Shown in pieces: positions 1 through 14,225 of a DNA stretch of 64,000 bases. Origin of the DNA: the human T2T-CHM13v2.0 reference genome, Homo sapiens; NCBI RefSeq assembly GCF_009914755.1, contig NC_060929.1; one strand, written 5' to 3'. The position numbers were made by a program, and so were the translations under genes. How positions within the stretch are numbered: the stretch's first letter is position 1; every line of letters starts with the position of its first letter. The notes beneath the pieces were generated by a model that was not told the origin of the DNA, did no database searches, and saw only the letters and a list, made by a program, of their open reading frames with translations.

Positions 1-797
1 ACTGCCATTAGAGGTTCCCATCCCAAGCTCTTTTGGGGGATGAATTGGAACGATTAGAGACAACTCAAAATTAGAAAGCCGCGCTGACTTCCAGACACCC
101 CTTCTCACGTGACATTCTCTTTTCCAGGTTCCTCCCAACTCTACTTCTTTCCACCCAGGATAACTGGCATTTCATAACAGAGGAGGTCAAAGGCAGACTT
201 ACTGGTGTTGATGTCATCCTTGTCATCTTCCTGACATCCAGGCCTCTAATAACATCTCTGCTCTTCCCATGTCAATGTCAGCACCAGACGTGTGAGGAAG
301 AGCAATCACTCCCCAAATCTCATACTTCTACAGGGCTGGACTCCAATCAGAAAACATTCTAGGAGAACAAGATGATAAAAATAGCCAAGATATTCTAAAG
401 CAGCCAGGAGAGGCAAGAGAAGCAATGCAGGGAAGGCATGAAGCAAACACGAGGCCCATATCAGGCCAGTCTCCTGGAAGAGGGAGGCCCAGGCAGAAGG
501 TTTGGGCTCCTGGAGTCCACTCCTCCTTTCTCGATTAGAGCTTCTCAAGATTTGTATTGGGCCTCTGTAGAATCTGACTTCTGTAGTGGCTCAATACAAA
601 TCTGTGGATACTCATTAGCAAACATCCACCTCGCAGCAGTGGGGTAAGGAGTCAATGATGTGATGCAGTCATGTAGCTGTGGATGAAAATGGAAGTAATT
701 TGGAGAAGCCAGAGCTACATCCTCAACTCTGGATGGTGACAGTGTTGGGGGTAAGGACTGTTGCAGCATCATGATGGAGTGTATGTTTGGGAGAGCC

Positions 798-849
798 TTT
801 TTTTTTTTTTTTTTTTTTGAGACAGAGTCTTACACTCTGTCACCCAAGG
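798..849 (-). mobile_element. Very short Alu 3'-end fragment with a T21 tail, inside a MIR-like sequence
   Basis: T21 followed by GAGACAGAGTCTTACACTCTGTCACCCAAGG. Confidence 0.7.
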
Positions 850-1668
850 TCCTACGTTGCCTCAGCCTCCTCATTTGTAACATGGGGATGATGACATTCT
901 TCTCCCTTGGCTGTTGTAAAGATTAAATGAGAGTATGATGCCTATGATGATGACAATGACAATAGCATGATGAGCTTTGCTAACAATTATTGAGCACTTA
1001 CTATGTGCCAAGTGCCTTATACGTGTGTTTGCCCTTTAATTTGTTACAGTACCACTATGAAGGAGATGCTATTTCAAATCTCCATTTAATAGATGAGCAC
1101 ATTAAGCCTTAGAAATGTTTATTAACTTGGCTAAGGTCACAGGGCTGGGAAAAAAGTCAAAGCAAGACTCAAACCAAGTCTATTCAATGCCACAGACTGT
1201 GAGCATAGCCATTTCTGAGCACAGTACTGACCCTGGGATATGCCTGACTGAGACCTTACCCCTCCAGCTCACCCCAAGGGCTCAGGCATGGTGGTATGGT
1301 ATCATTTGTCTCACACACTCCCTGGAACCCTGTAATTTCCCTCCTGGCAGGCTCTTTTGTGATCCTGAGACAAGTGCTTATTTACCTCAACCACTTCTGT
1401 GCTCCAAAGAAAAGTTCAGCTCACCAGGAAGAATCATGCCAGCATTTCCCAGTGAACCACTCAGACAAGAAAAAATGCACTTTTCTCCCCCTGCGCTGCT
1501 TTCTAGTAACATTCGGCAGTAATAACAATAACATTAGTGGTGATGACAAGTCGAGGGACACAGCACACACTTAATGTTAGGCACTTTGCTAGTGCTTTAC
1601 ATATAAAATCTCTGTGCCCTATAGCTACTCCACACTGTAGGTACTACTGTTATGCCCATTGTATTGAT

Positions 1669-1892
1669 AAGGGGTAGACAAACTCTGGCCCACAGACCAA
1701 ATCCATCCTTCCACCTGCTTTTGTAAATAAACTTTTATTGGACTACAGCCATGCCAATTTGTGTATGTGTTGTCTAGGGCTGGTTTTGTGCTACAGCAGC
1801 AGAGTTCAGTAGTTGTCACAGAGACCATCTGGCCTCCAAAGCCTAAATTATTTACTGTCTGGCCCTTTACAGGAAATGTTTGCCAGTCCCTG
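1669..1892. mobile_element. MER58A-like hAT-Charlie MITE
   Basis: Terminal inverted repeats GGGGTAGACAAAC...GTTTGCCAGTCCCTG; internal TTTTATTGG...CAGCCA and GGCCCTTTACAG. Confidence 0.75.
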
Positions 1893-2198
1893 ATCTAAAT
1901 CCTGACCCTGAGGATTAGAAAGACCTACCAGCTTTCCCAAGATGGCAGAGGGAAGCGGTGAGGGATTTAAAGCCAGACAGCCGCACAGCAGACTCATTGT
2001 ATAGCCCCTTAGCTGTATTTCTTCCTGCTCTAGGCTTGGCAGAGAAGACATCTCTAAGCATGATAGTCCCCAACCCTTGACATTGGATAATATTCAACAC
2101 AGACATAATGCTTGACAGGATGCACCATAGAAGGGACGTGATTCATTTGCAGACTGGCAGTCTAGACTCTTGCCACACTGGGTCTCATCTAGGTGTCT

Positions 2199-2304
2199 GT
2201 TCCCTCCCTCCCTCCCTCCCTCCTTCCCTCCCTTCCTTCCTTCCTTCCTTCCTTCCTTCCTTCCTTCCTTCCTTCCTTCCTTCCTTCTTTCCTTCCTTCC
2301 TTCC
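2199..2304. repeat. (TCCC)n/(TTCC)n microsatellite, i.e. GGAA repeats on the minus strand
   Basis: 13 uninterrupted TTCC units at 2233-2284, then 4 more after a TTCT. Confidence 0.97.
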
Positions 2305-3349
2305 ATTTGTCCGTCCATCCATTCTTCTCTGCTCAAGCTGAACTGCTGTCTTCATTTTTCTCCACGTTCCCACCTCGACAGCTTTGCTCACACCGTTTCC
2401 CCCATCTGGAATGCCTTCCTTTTCACATTTATCACAGTCCTACCCATTTTTCCAGGCCCGGTATATCTCCTTCAATAAGTCTTCCCCAACTGAGGCAACT
2501 CACCGGAAATTCTTTGGCATTTGTGCTGTATCAGCACAAGCTTTTGGTCCCTCCCTTAGATCCTTTGTGCACAAAAGTGAGGGAACGATGGCATCACGGA
2601 TGATGTGTGAACCAGAGGGAAGAGCAAATGTGGTCCCTGCCTTTTCATCACCTAAAGATTCCAACTCCATGGAGCTCTATCCTTTATGCCCAGGAAAGAG
2701 CCTGCCAAAGGTCTCTGCCATTCATCTAAGACTTTAGACAGGTCACTTAAACTCCCTGAGCCTCTACTTCTTCATCCGTAATAATAACTGACACCGAGGG
2801 TTGTACCAAGCAAGGGCTGGCTGCTCTTCATGCATTGTCACATTTAAAGGTGATCCGTGACCTCCAGACTTCATGAAGTATTATGAAGACCGGGTGTAAA
2901 GAGGTCAAGTTAGAGGTCAGGACTCCCCAAGTCCTCTTTTGGTCTTGGTGACCTTTGCGAAGCTCCCCTTTCCCTCTCCAGGTGCCAGTTTATTTTTTAA
3001 TGGTAAAATGAGGGAAGGGTGGACTGCATGATTTGGATGGACTCTTCAGGGTATAATACTAAAATAGTAAAAACCATTTTGCAACAAAATCATGTTAAAA
3101 AGACGTTGGGTGACTTCAAAACAATGCGTTGAATAAGCCATGCACTCCAGTGGGTGAAATGCTTCTTAACATGGAAAGTAGGGAGACAAAGCATTCTGTG
3201 GCTTCAATGCAACAAGATTTGGTGGAACTGTAAATGGATACTTGCTTTCTGATCACTTACCTAATCTGATCTCTGATCATTACCATTGTCACCAGTCTTG
3301 ACTCTCTGAGACCTGACATTTGCTCCATGTTTTATGAGTATTTTTCATC

Positions 3350-3860
3350 ATTTCTTTGGTTGCAGGGAACAAAACTCCAATTCAAACTGGCTGATATATA
3401 CACAGATGAGCTCATATGAATGGGAAAGTGTCAGGTGTGGCTGAATGCAGGGGCTCACAAATGGCATCAGGTCTCTGTCTCTCTGTATCTTCCCCTCTCT
3501 GCTTGCCCTGTATTGGTGTAATTCTCAGACAGACTCGTTCATTGTGGTCAGCAGCAGCCTGAGGCTCACAACCTTCCATCTTCAGCTTGAGCAAAAAGAC
3601 TCATTTTGCTAAGAGGTCCAATAAAGCCTCAGATTTAGGGTCTCACTGTCTCAGTCCAGACCTTTATTAATTCTGGGACCTGGGCAATGAAATATTCGGA
3701 TTAGGAGCTAGGCTTGTGTCAGGTTTCCACATCTGGAACTAGGGAGGGATGCTCAGCCCACCAGAGCCCCAAGGACTGTGGTTAGGACTGGTGTGATCAC
3801 CAAAATATGGAGAAAGGAATGAAGGAATGCCAAGTGGGCAGAAACAATAGCTGACCAGGA
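3350..3860. mobile_element. Old MaLR LTR (MLT1J/K-like) remnant
   Basis: Begins TTTGGTTGCAGGGAACAAAACTCCAATTCAAACTGGCT, resembling MLT1 ends; boundaries approximate. Confidence 0.45.
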
Positions 3861-4230
3861 AACATGGCATTCCCTGAAGATTCTGTGTTCTGTCACATAT
3901 CTCCATGCCTGTGCACATGTGGTGCTGTCTTCTTGGAATGTCCTTTCCCTTTTTCTGTTTCTGCGAAATTTCTATTTAACCTTTGAAAACAAGCTCAAAT
4001 AACATGAGTTGTGAAAAGTCTTCCCTGACTCTCCTCCCTCTCTCCCTCTCCTGCACTCGCGCTCTCTCGCACGTGCTCTCTCTCTCTCTCTCTAGCAGTT
4101 ATCACCCATGGCTCCCCTTCACTCTCTGGGCACTCCAAAAAGGCAGACATAGTATTCTGTTCCATTTTGCATTCCCAGATCCCAGCACTCAACCTGGGAG
4201 ATAAAGAGTGCTCCCTAAAGCTTTGGTTGA

Positions 4231-4389
<159 letters not shown>

Positions 4390-4734
4390 TAAGTTCAGTG
4401 CCCTGTGTGTAGGAACAGCCTGTGAAGGTCAGGTGAGGCGGGAGGGCTCAGAACTCCAGGGGGCTCCGAGTGGCTCTGTCCTCCCCTGGAGATGGATCTA
4501 GAGGCTCATGGGTATTGGCAAAACTCCATTTTTGGAAGAAACCTCACATTTCTCTCTGGAGTGGCCATTTCTTTGGAACTGATAGAATGGGCCAGGTGAA
4601 AAGAATCTTTGCTGTGTTGGGAAGAGGGAAATAATTTACCAAAATGTCTACTTTCATTACTTCTTAACTGTGGAATGTGATTGCTATTTTTCCTTCTATT
4701 TAAATTTTTGACAGATGTTGGTCATGCCCTACGT

Positions 4735-4945
4735 TTACTGAGCACACTTAATAACTTAGCATGCTATTGTGCAATGTGCTGTGTAATCCCTCCTTTAATC
4801 ACACTTACTCCCTTTGATGCCCATTTCACAGAGGTGGGCCCTGAGGCTGAGGGAAGTAAGCACATTGTTCAAGGAAACTAGGACGAGCTAGTGGGGTGGA
4901 CAAGCTGCATCCTGAACCTGGCTCTGCCTGACTCCAGTGTCCAGG
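4735..4945 (-). mobile_element. MIR supplying the 5' arm of miR-378e
   Basis: CCCATTTCACAGAGG...CTGAGGCTGAGGGAAGTAAG...CTGCCTGACTCCAG matches the reverse of the MIR core. Confidence 0.7.
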
Positions 4946-5006
4946 CCAGGGGCAGACAGTGGACAGAGAACAGTGCCCAAGACCACTGGACTTGGAGTCA
5001 GGACAT
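4928..5006 (+). ncRNA. MIR378E: miR-378e precursor hairpin (intronic, MIR-derived); mature ACUGGACUUGGAGUCAGGA at 4985-5003
   Basis: The 3' arm ACTGGACTTGGAGTCAGGA is the miR-378-family sequence and pairs with the 5' arm CTGACTCCAGTGTCCAG; MIR378E is recalled as lying in a DOCK2 intron. Confidence 0.85.
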
Positions 5007-5848
5007 CATTTTAACAGCTTTATCGAGATGTAATTTACATGCCATACAATTTACCCAAAGTGTACAATCATTGACTCTTAGTATGTTCACAGAGCTATGT
5101 AACCATCACCACAATCAATTTTACAACATTTTCATTACTCCTAAAAAGCAAACCTGCACCCCTTAGCCACTGCTCTGCCAACACACACACACACACACAC
5201 ACACACACGCGTGCGCACACACACCCAAACACTCCCCCATCTCCCCTAGCCCTAGGCCACCATTACTCTGCATTTTGTCTTGCCTATAATGTTTTCAAGG
5301 TTCATCCATGTTGTAGCATGTTTCAGTACTTAATGCCTTTTAATTGCCAAATAATATTTGGTAATTAAAATATTTGGTACCATATGGATGTACCCCATTT
5401 TGTTTATTCATCTCTCAGTTAATGTATATTTAGGCTGTTTCTACTTTTTTACTATTCGTATTGATTCTTCTGTGAGCATGCAGGTACAAGTTTTTGTGTG
5501 GACATAACGTTTACAGTTCTCTGGGGTATATACCTAGAAATTGAATTGCTGGATCATACGGCACCTATATTTGACCTTTTGAGGAATAACCAGACTATTT
5601 TCCAAAGTGGCAGCTCCATATATATTTCTACCAGCAATGTATAAGGGTTCCAATTTCTCTACATTCTTGTTAACACTTGTTAATATCTGTCTTATTGATT
5701 ACAGCCACCCCAGCGGGTGTAAAATGATATCTCATTGTGGTTTTGAATTGCATTTCCGCGATGTGTAGAATTCATTGATTTTCAGTACACTCACAGGGCT
5801 GTGCATCTTTCCATGTGCTTATGGGTCGCTTGTATATCTTTGGAGAAA
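5007..5848 (-). mobile_element. Old L1M (L1MB/MC-like) 3'-end fragment containing (CA)n at about 5181-5225
   Basis: TTTTAACAGCTTTATCGAGATGTAATTTACA start; TATACCTAGAAATTGAATTGCTGGATCATA and CATTGTGGTTTTGAATTGCATTTCC are L1 3' hallmarks. Confidence 0.85.
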
Positions 5849-6030
5849 GACATTGGGTTTTGATCCTGGCTCTACCACTTAGCAGCTGCAAGACTTCACA
5901 CAAATCACATGAGTCTGGCCTCAGTATCCCCATTTCTGAAATGGGAATAATAAGCTCCTGTGGTTATTGTGAGAACTGAATAATTATAAAGCATCTGGCA
6001 CACAGCAGGTAAATGCTTCATAAATATTCT
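5849..6030 (+). mobile_element. MIR, the continuation of the element begun at about 4970-5006
   Basis: GGGTTTTGATCCTGGCTCTACCACTTAGCAGCTG...CCTCAGTATCCCCATTTCTGAAATGGGAATAATAA. Confidence 0.75.
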
Positions 6031-6929
6031 TCCATCTCCAGGACTTGCTCCCAGTTTCTGTCTTTGACAGCTTGGTAATTGCCCCCTTCTCCCGCGAGGC
6101 CTTCTCCTAAGGCTTAGGAACATGACCCAGACATCCCCACTTCTCGCTAAGTGCATATTCTCTGATTTCTATAATTCTCTGAGATCACTCTGGTTTGGAT
6201 TCTTTCTTCAATCCTTTTTGAATGTTTTAAATTCAATAAGAAAGGCAAACTGAAGGCCTTGCTCTGACCCCCTACAATGAGCCTCTCGACCCTGCCCAAG
6301 CAGGCAGAGCCCAGAGGACAGGATGGCGCCCCAGGCAGTGCCATCTCAGCTGGCCCCTGTCCCCTTCCTGTCACCATGCATGGCCCTCACTAAACACTTA
6401 GAATGCAAATGCCATTTGGCCAGAAGGAGAAACCCACTGTCTGCCCCTCAGGTGGATATGGAGACTGATGTATCTGGGGGGAATAAACAATATTCTGGCT
6501 GAGTCAGTGTTTATCTTAAAGTTCTAAACAAGAAAATCAAAATATTGACCAGAAGTGAAGCAATGTACAGTGCTGGCAATTTCCATTTTTATAAGCGGAT
6601 GGGGCTCTGCGGCGGTCTTCAGATGATCAGCAGGGTTTTCAAATCCTTCCTGAGTGATTATTTATAAAAGGAGTCCTTAGAGGTCAAAGAAATTAAAGAC
6701 AGCTCATTATTTTTCTCCTGAAACAGAGGTGTGAATGATTTTTGCACAAAACAAATCAAGCCCGACACAGGGAGCCAGGTCCCCATCAGAACATCCATGG
6801 GGCCCCTGTGCCTGCTCCATCCTTTCACCTCTCTGAGTCTCAGTTTTCTTATCTGAAAATTGGGGATAAAATATTATCGAGCCCTTAGAGTTTTTGTTGG
6901 GAGTCTAGCAATATTAATTATTAGTAGTA

Positions 6930-7145
6930 CAGATTGATTAGGCCTTATCTGAAATGCTTGGGACGAGAAGTAGTTTGGATTTGGGATTTGTTTTTCAGAT
7001 TTTGAAATAATTATACTTAATAGTTAAGTGTCCCTAGTCTGAAAATCCAAAATCCAGAATGCTCCAGTGAGCATTTCCTTTGAGTGTCATGTTAGTGCTC
7101 AGAAAGTTTGAATTTCACATTTTCACATAGAGGACAGTCAATTTG
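6930..7145. mobile_element. Tigger4a/MER46-like TcMar MITE
   Basis: TA-flanked CAGATTGA...CAATTTG; internal CCTTATCTGAAATGCTTGGGACGAGAAGT and AAAATCCAAAATCCAGAATGCTCCA. Confidence 0.7.
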
Positions 7146-8287
7146 TATTACTTACAGGTGGATAGCATTGCGGGTTTTTGAAGCCATGAGCCTGCCTATC
7201 TTTTCTCCCCTAGGCTAGTCATCTCAGTTCCTCCAGCCTTTCCTCCCAGCCCCTCTTTCAGGGCCTCACTGATACACAGGGCCCCCACTGGGCAGATACA
7301 GTCCTGTGGGCACATGGCTTGGATGGGGCCTTGGTGAATAGAGCAGAGCTACTCCCCCTGTGGCAACTGCAGCCTTGCATAGGAACACAAGGTTTAAGGC
7401 ATGGAGTGGGGCTGAATTTCAGTCCTCATGTGCTCTGCGCAGTGCACAAGCTATATAACCTTACACAGCACTCCAGTTCTCCCTACCCTCAGAGCTCTCT
7501 TTGGAGCCCACGCTCATTGATCCACGTATATCTGAAAGTGTAAGTCTCACATTGAATGGATTCATAAGACACACCGCTGCCTTTCTGTATTTCATTCCTG
7601 CGAATAGTTCTAGAAGTGGTGAGGGAATCGGAAGGTTGAAGCAGATAGATGTATGTTCTTGGGCCTTTATCCTACCCAGACCCTTTCAATCCCTGGAAAA
7701 GGACCTGTCACAGGTCATTTCATTTCATTTCAAGGAATGAAAGAAAGTCCAGTTTCATTAGCACTGACAGAGAGGGGGAGTCTGGGATCCTCCCTCTAAA
7801 AGCCTCCAATGCCAAGTGAAAATCAACTGCAGGGAGGAGTGAGCCCCCTCTAGTCCTCCCACAACAGGAGCAGAAGCAGTGTGGCAAGTGTCCACCACCC
7901 TTCATTCCACTGCGTGAGGAATTACCTATATTTTCTTATGATTCCCAAAGCTTTTGTCATACTCTGTTGTGGGATTACAAGGTAAACAATTAAACAGGCT
8001 TAGCATGCGGTCTGGAACACAGGAAGTACTCAATAAGTGGTAGTATCATTATATATTATGGTTAATTTTTATCTATGTTTCCCATGCTAGACTGTGATCT
8101 CCTGGAACTCTGAATCCCTAGTTTCTAGAATGCCACATGTTGAGTGGAAGGATGGATAGTGGATGGATGGGTCATTTCTAGCCAATTTTCCCATCCATTT
8201 CACCAATCCTAGATGGTTTGAGCACCTTTCTTGCTCCATGCATAAAGAATAGGAAAAGAAAGAAAGCCAAGACCTTTTTCTTCTAAA

Positions 8288-8940
<653 letters not shown>

Positions 8941-10740
8941 GGTCTGGCCAAGCTCAGACCCCGAGATGTCTCCTGCCCTGGAAAGCTTTAAAAAATCACA
9001 CACCAAACACTGGGAAGAAGCTTTGTTGCATTGTCATTAGGGTGGCACACAGGGCTAGAAGTGACTGTCCCAGGAGGAGGCATGCACAGCTGTGGCTGAG
9101 CCAGACAGGTCTAAATCACAGGGCCATTTGCATCTCCCATTGAGAGCCAGGGAACAGGTGCTTCTCCCAGAGTGAAGATGGATTTGTCTTATCACAGCCA
9201 CAGTTTGAGACGTCGCCTTCTTGCAGCTTGGCTTGGCTTCTTGGAGGAAATGACCCTCAGAAGTCCTTGCTTTTCTTACCTTTACCCTCCTAAGGGCCCC
9301 TGGAGAGTTTCAGTTCCATGGGGAGAGTAGACAGATACAAATCACGTGGCCTGCATAATGTCTACTTGAGATACCTGGGAACACGCTCTGGTGTTTCTCT
9401 GTGGGAAAAATATCTCCCCTAAATTTAACAATGATTGGCTTGATTCAACTTACTATCACACTGATACTGGGAAGGTCCTTTAATCTTTCTCAGCCTTCAT
9501 TTTCTCACCTGCAAAATGGGGGAAATAATTCTCACTTATCAGAATTACTGTGAGGATTTCTTAAGAAAAGTGACTAGTACAGTGTCTGGCACAGAATAAG
9601 TAATTAAGAAGAAATAGTCATCAAACAAAATTTTAACCCATCTGTTTCTCCCCACCTAGTCTGTGGGCTGCCAGACAGTAGGTGTGGTTCTTTTCTATAT
9701 TGATGTCTTTCTCTCTACCACACAATGCCTAGCAACTAATAGATGCTTAAAGATGTTACATTTTTATTTTTGTTTTTAAAATTTAGAATATAAATACTAA
9801 AACAAATATTATAATTTTAAAAAATAATTTACACATACTTAAATAGAAAAATGGAGGCTTTTCTTTCCTATTTTCCCACCTAAAGCCTTGTTGGAAACAG
9901 CCATCACTACGAGTTTGGTGTCTATCCTTGCTGACTGTACATGGCACTTTATAAGCACATAGAGACACATGATGGCCATGTACACTTGCACACACATGCA
10001 GTGTTCGGCAGTAGAGACACGGATGCTGGGGCCAGACTTTTTGATATTCCTGACCATGTGACCTTGGACAGCTTAGTGGACCTCTCCATGCCTTCGTTTC
10101 CCTATCTACAAAAGTCCCATCTCATAAAATTGTGACAGGAGGTTAAATGAGTTACCATTTGCATGAGGTTTAGAATAACACCCTGGCCATGCTAAGCTCT
10201 ATGTTAGTTGGTTAAGTGAAAAGCAAATATTGTTCTGAGACTTACTTTTCTCACCTAGCTCTATATTTTATAGAGCTTTTCATGCCCAGACATATTGAAT
10301 CTCTCCAATATTTTTAATGTCTTCATAGAATTCCATTTGGTGAATATACTGTAATTTATTTAGGCCTTTCCCAATTGATGAGCATTTAAGATGGTTCCAT
10401 CTATTTCACTATTAGACACATTTGTGAGTATTATATCTTTGCATACTTCTGAGAATATTTCTGTAGAACAGATTCTGCAAAGTAGAGTTGTGGGGTCAGA
10501 GGATATGTGCATTTACAATTTTTACAGATACTTTGAAAATTGCTTCCCCAAAAAAGTTTTCTTGATTTATTCTCAGCAGGGGTGGGTAAAAGTGACCATC
10601 TCCCCCACCATCATTATCTATATTGGAAACTATTTTATTTTTATTTTTTCCCATTCTGATGTTAGAAAAAAAATTGCTGCACTATATGGATAAATACATG
10701 AATAAATGAACAAAAGGAGCAGTCAGGGAACTTGGGTTGA

Positions 10741-11079
<339 letters not shown>

Positions 11080-12954
11080 TAGGGAAGCAGTGCTTAAGGG
11101 CTTTGGAAAGCAGACAAATGTGGAATGGAACGTCTGCTGCGCTTTCTGCTAGCTTTGTGTCTTGAGGCCGTCACTTCACCTTTCTATGCCTGCCTCCTTA
11201 TTTATAACATGAGATTAATGCATATTCCCTTTAGCACTCAACACATCACATGGAAGGAAGATGACAGTATAGACTGGCTAAGAGTATGAGCTTTGGAGTC
11301 ACACAGCCTCTGGGTTTCCATCCTATATCTGATAATTAATGGGATGGACAAGCTAAGGAAATGTTCTGAAGTCTTAGTTTGCTTATCTATTACATGGAGA
11401 AAATAATGGTTCCAATTTCATTAGGTTGTGTTGCCCTGGCCCATGGTTAAATGCTCACTACGTATTAGTTTCCTTCTTCTTATAGAATGGAGTCACACTA
11501 ATAACTAGAATTGCTGTTACTATGAACCAGGTTAACCAGAGAAGCTAACCCCAGACCCAAGTTCTTAACCCCTATATTCCATGAGCTCCCATGGGCTGGC
11601 TGCCAAGCAGCCTCTCTCACACGCTCTGTGATTCGACCAGGAGACAGGTAGGTAAGCAGCCATAATGCTTCATATTCACCGTGTCATCCCACCTTAAAGT
11701 GGTTTAAAAGAATGAAGTTGACCAAAAGGCCACGTGGCATCCATCACATCAACCTCCCTACCATTCCCAAGGCTCCTGAAACACAAAACCTGTCCCCAGA
11801 GCTCTGTTGTGTGGCCTCCCTTTACCCTAAATAGACTTTTTTTTTCAACAGCCTAGATATTGCCATTGATTTTCTAGAATGCCAAGGAGAGTTTAAAAAT
11901 CCCGATGACAGCAGAAAGGAATTCATTGCTAATAACTCCACCAGGCCCAGTTTACATAAAGATCATGAAGAGGTGTTTTCCACGAGCTGAGCAGCTTCTC
12001 TCTAAGGAGAGACAGAGTTGGTTGAGGAAAGTGACCTTTAACAGCCAGCTAAGATCAGGGAGAATGCTTGGGACAGACAGTTCTCCAAGCACTGAGACAC
12101 CACTAGTTTTTAGTGCATTGCTTAAATATGGTGTCAAGGAGGAGGGTGGGGATGGAGGTGGTATCAGGACAAATGATGTCCAGTATGATTTGCCACCCAT
12201 TGACTGTGTGCTCTGGAACATGTCACCACCCTTCTCTGACCCTCAGGTGCACGTGGGTGTGCTGCATTAAACCAGGATATACACCTGGTGTGGCTCATGG
12301 ATTGGACCAGGACCACCTGGCTCAGAATCTGTAGGGACTTGTTTAAAAAATGCCACAGGATTAGGATCTCTGGTGGTGAAGTCCAGGGCAGCTACTAATC
12401 TAAATGGCCCCTGAGCTGGAATAGGGACCTAGATTCCTACGTATTGCCAAGTTTAAATGTTTTGGCGACAGAATCCCATATAATTCCTGATAGTTCTGCA
12501 CTATCAGGAATTCTGATCTCTTACTATTACCGAGGTGCTACCACTCACTTTCCAACTCAGGTTCTTTCCAGTGCAAGGCCTGAGCTTTGAAACATCAAGC
12601 TGGGCTGCCTTTCAATGTGGGCCTGGTTAAAGTAGACTACCCCAGTCTTGGCAGCCCACCTCTCAATGCAGCAAAACACTGAACTGCCCCTCCTGATATG
12701 TGATGGCTGAGACACATCAAGTCCTCTCTGTTCCTTTATAGTCTAAGGGTCAGGGAAGTGACTTTCAAAGCAGAATCTTCCAATTAGGCTGTTTGATGCA
12801 TCTTTGGGGCATCCAGGAAAATAAGTTTCTTATTCCTATCTCAGGGTACCCAGATACTAGACAGCAATCTTCCTCTCATCTTCATCACCACACCCTTGAC
12901 CGCTGTGATATTGCAGAGAACAACACTCATCATTGTTTTTCCTCCCCTACCTAG

Positions 12955-12995
12955 AATTTCTACAAAGATAACAACAGGGAGGAGATGTACATAAG
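12955..12995 (+). CDS. DOCK2: DOCK2 short coding exon (36): NFYKDNNREEMYI(R), near the start of DHR-2
   Basis: tcccctacctAG acceptor, AG|GTAAGA donor; 41 nt; phase consistent; absent from the ORF track. Confidence 0.95.
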
Positions 12996-13870
12996 GTAAG
13001 ATTCATATTTTCTAAAATCCAGACCTGCTGTGTCACTTTCCTGCTCAGTATCCATCGATGGCTCCCTGCTGCCTTCAGGATAAAATTTAAACTTCTCTTC
13101 TTGACATTCAGGCCCTCTGTGTTCTGATTCCTGTCAATTTCTCCAGATTCAATTCCTTTCATTCTCCCACAGTCAGCCCCATAAAACCACGTGAAATCGT
13201 CTGGCCTTCCATGCTGTCCTGTTGTTCCCACAGATCATATTTTCCTTAAGAGTGAATACTTTGTGATTTGAACTGTTGGGGTGCATTTGCATTGTTGCGG
13301 GCCTGACCTTGGATAAATTACTGTGAAGCCTGAGTCCAGACATGTAGTAAGACCATTGACTAGCCCAGTTTTGAAGGGAAAAAAAAGATACTAAGATGCA
13401 TGATATCTGCATCCTTGTAGGCATTTAAATGATATTATTTGAATATATCATGAAGGTTTTTTGGGGACATTAGCCTGAAGCAAAGAACTCCTTTGCCAGT
13501 TTTTCTCAGAATCTCATATTTTTTTCTGCAATTTAAAAATTATTGTTACTTTTATTTATAATAAAAAATATATACTTATTACAAAACAAAAATAAACTTA
13601 TAAAATATGGGCAAGCAACACAACAAATGAAATAAATTCCCATAATCCATACATATTTCCAGGACTTTTTTATATTTATATATACATTGAATTCTATGCA
13701 TGCATATTTTTTGCAAAAATGGGTTTATATTACTTGTAATTTATTCTTTGCTTTTTCTAACTTGACAAGAACTCCATGTTGACAGATGTATATCAACATC
13801 ATTTTTAATGAAACTATAAAATTTTTTCCAGAATATATCATCATTTATATAGCCAATCCTATATTGTTGA

Positions 13871-14225
<355 letters not shown>

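Noticed and set aside
105-113. TCACGTGAC E-box (CLEAR-like)
   Set aside because: A single short motif with no promoter context; expected by chance
1-800. ORFs 306..548, 438..647 and 545..772 as a pseudogene or an upstream DOCK2 exon
   Set aside because: No recognisable protein similarity in any frame I read, and the DOCK2 peptide expected upstream was not found
2094-2603. Low-complexity ORFs (PSFL and GRKE repeats)
   Set aside because: Translations of the TTCC microsatellite
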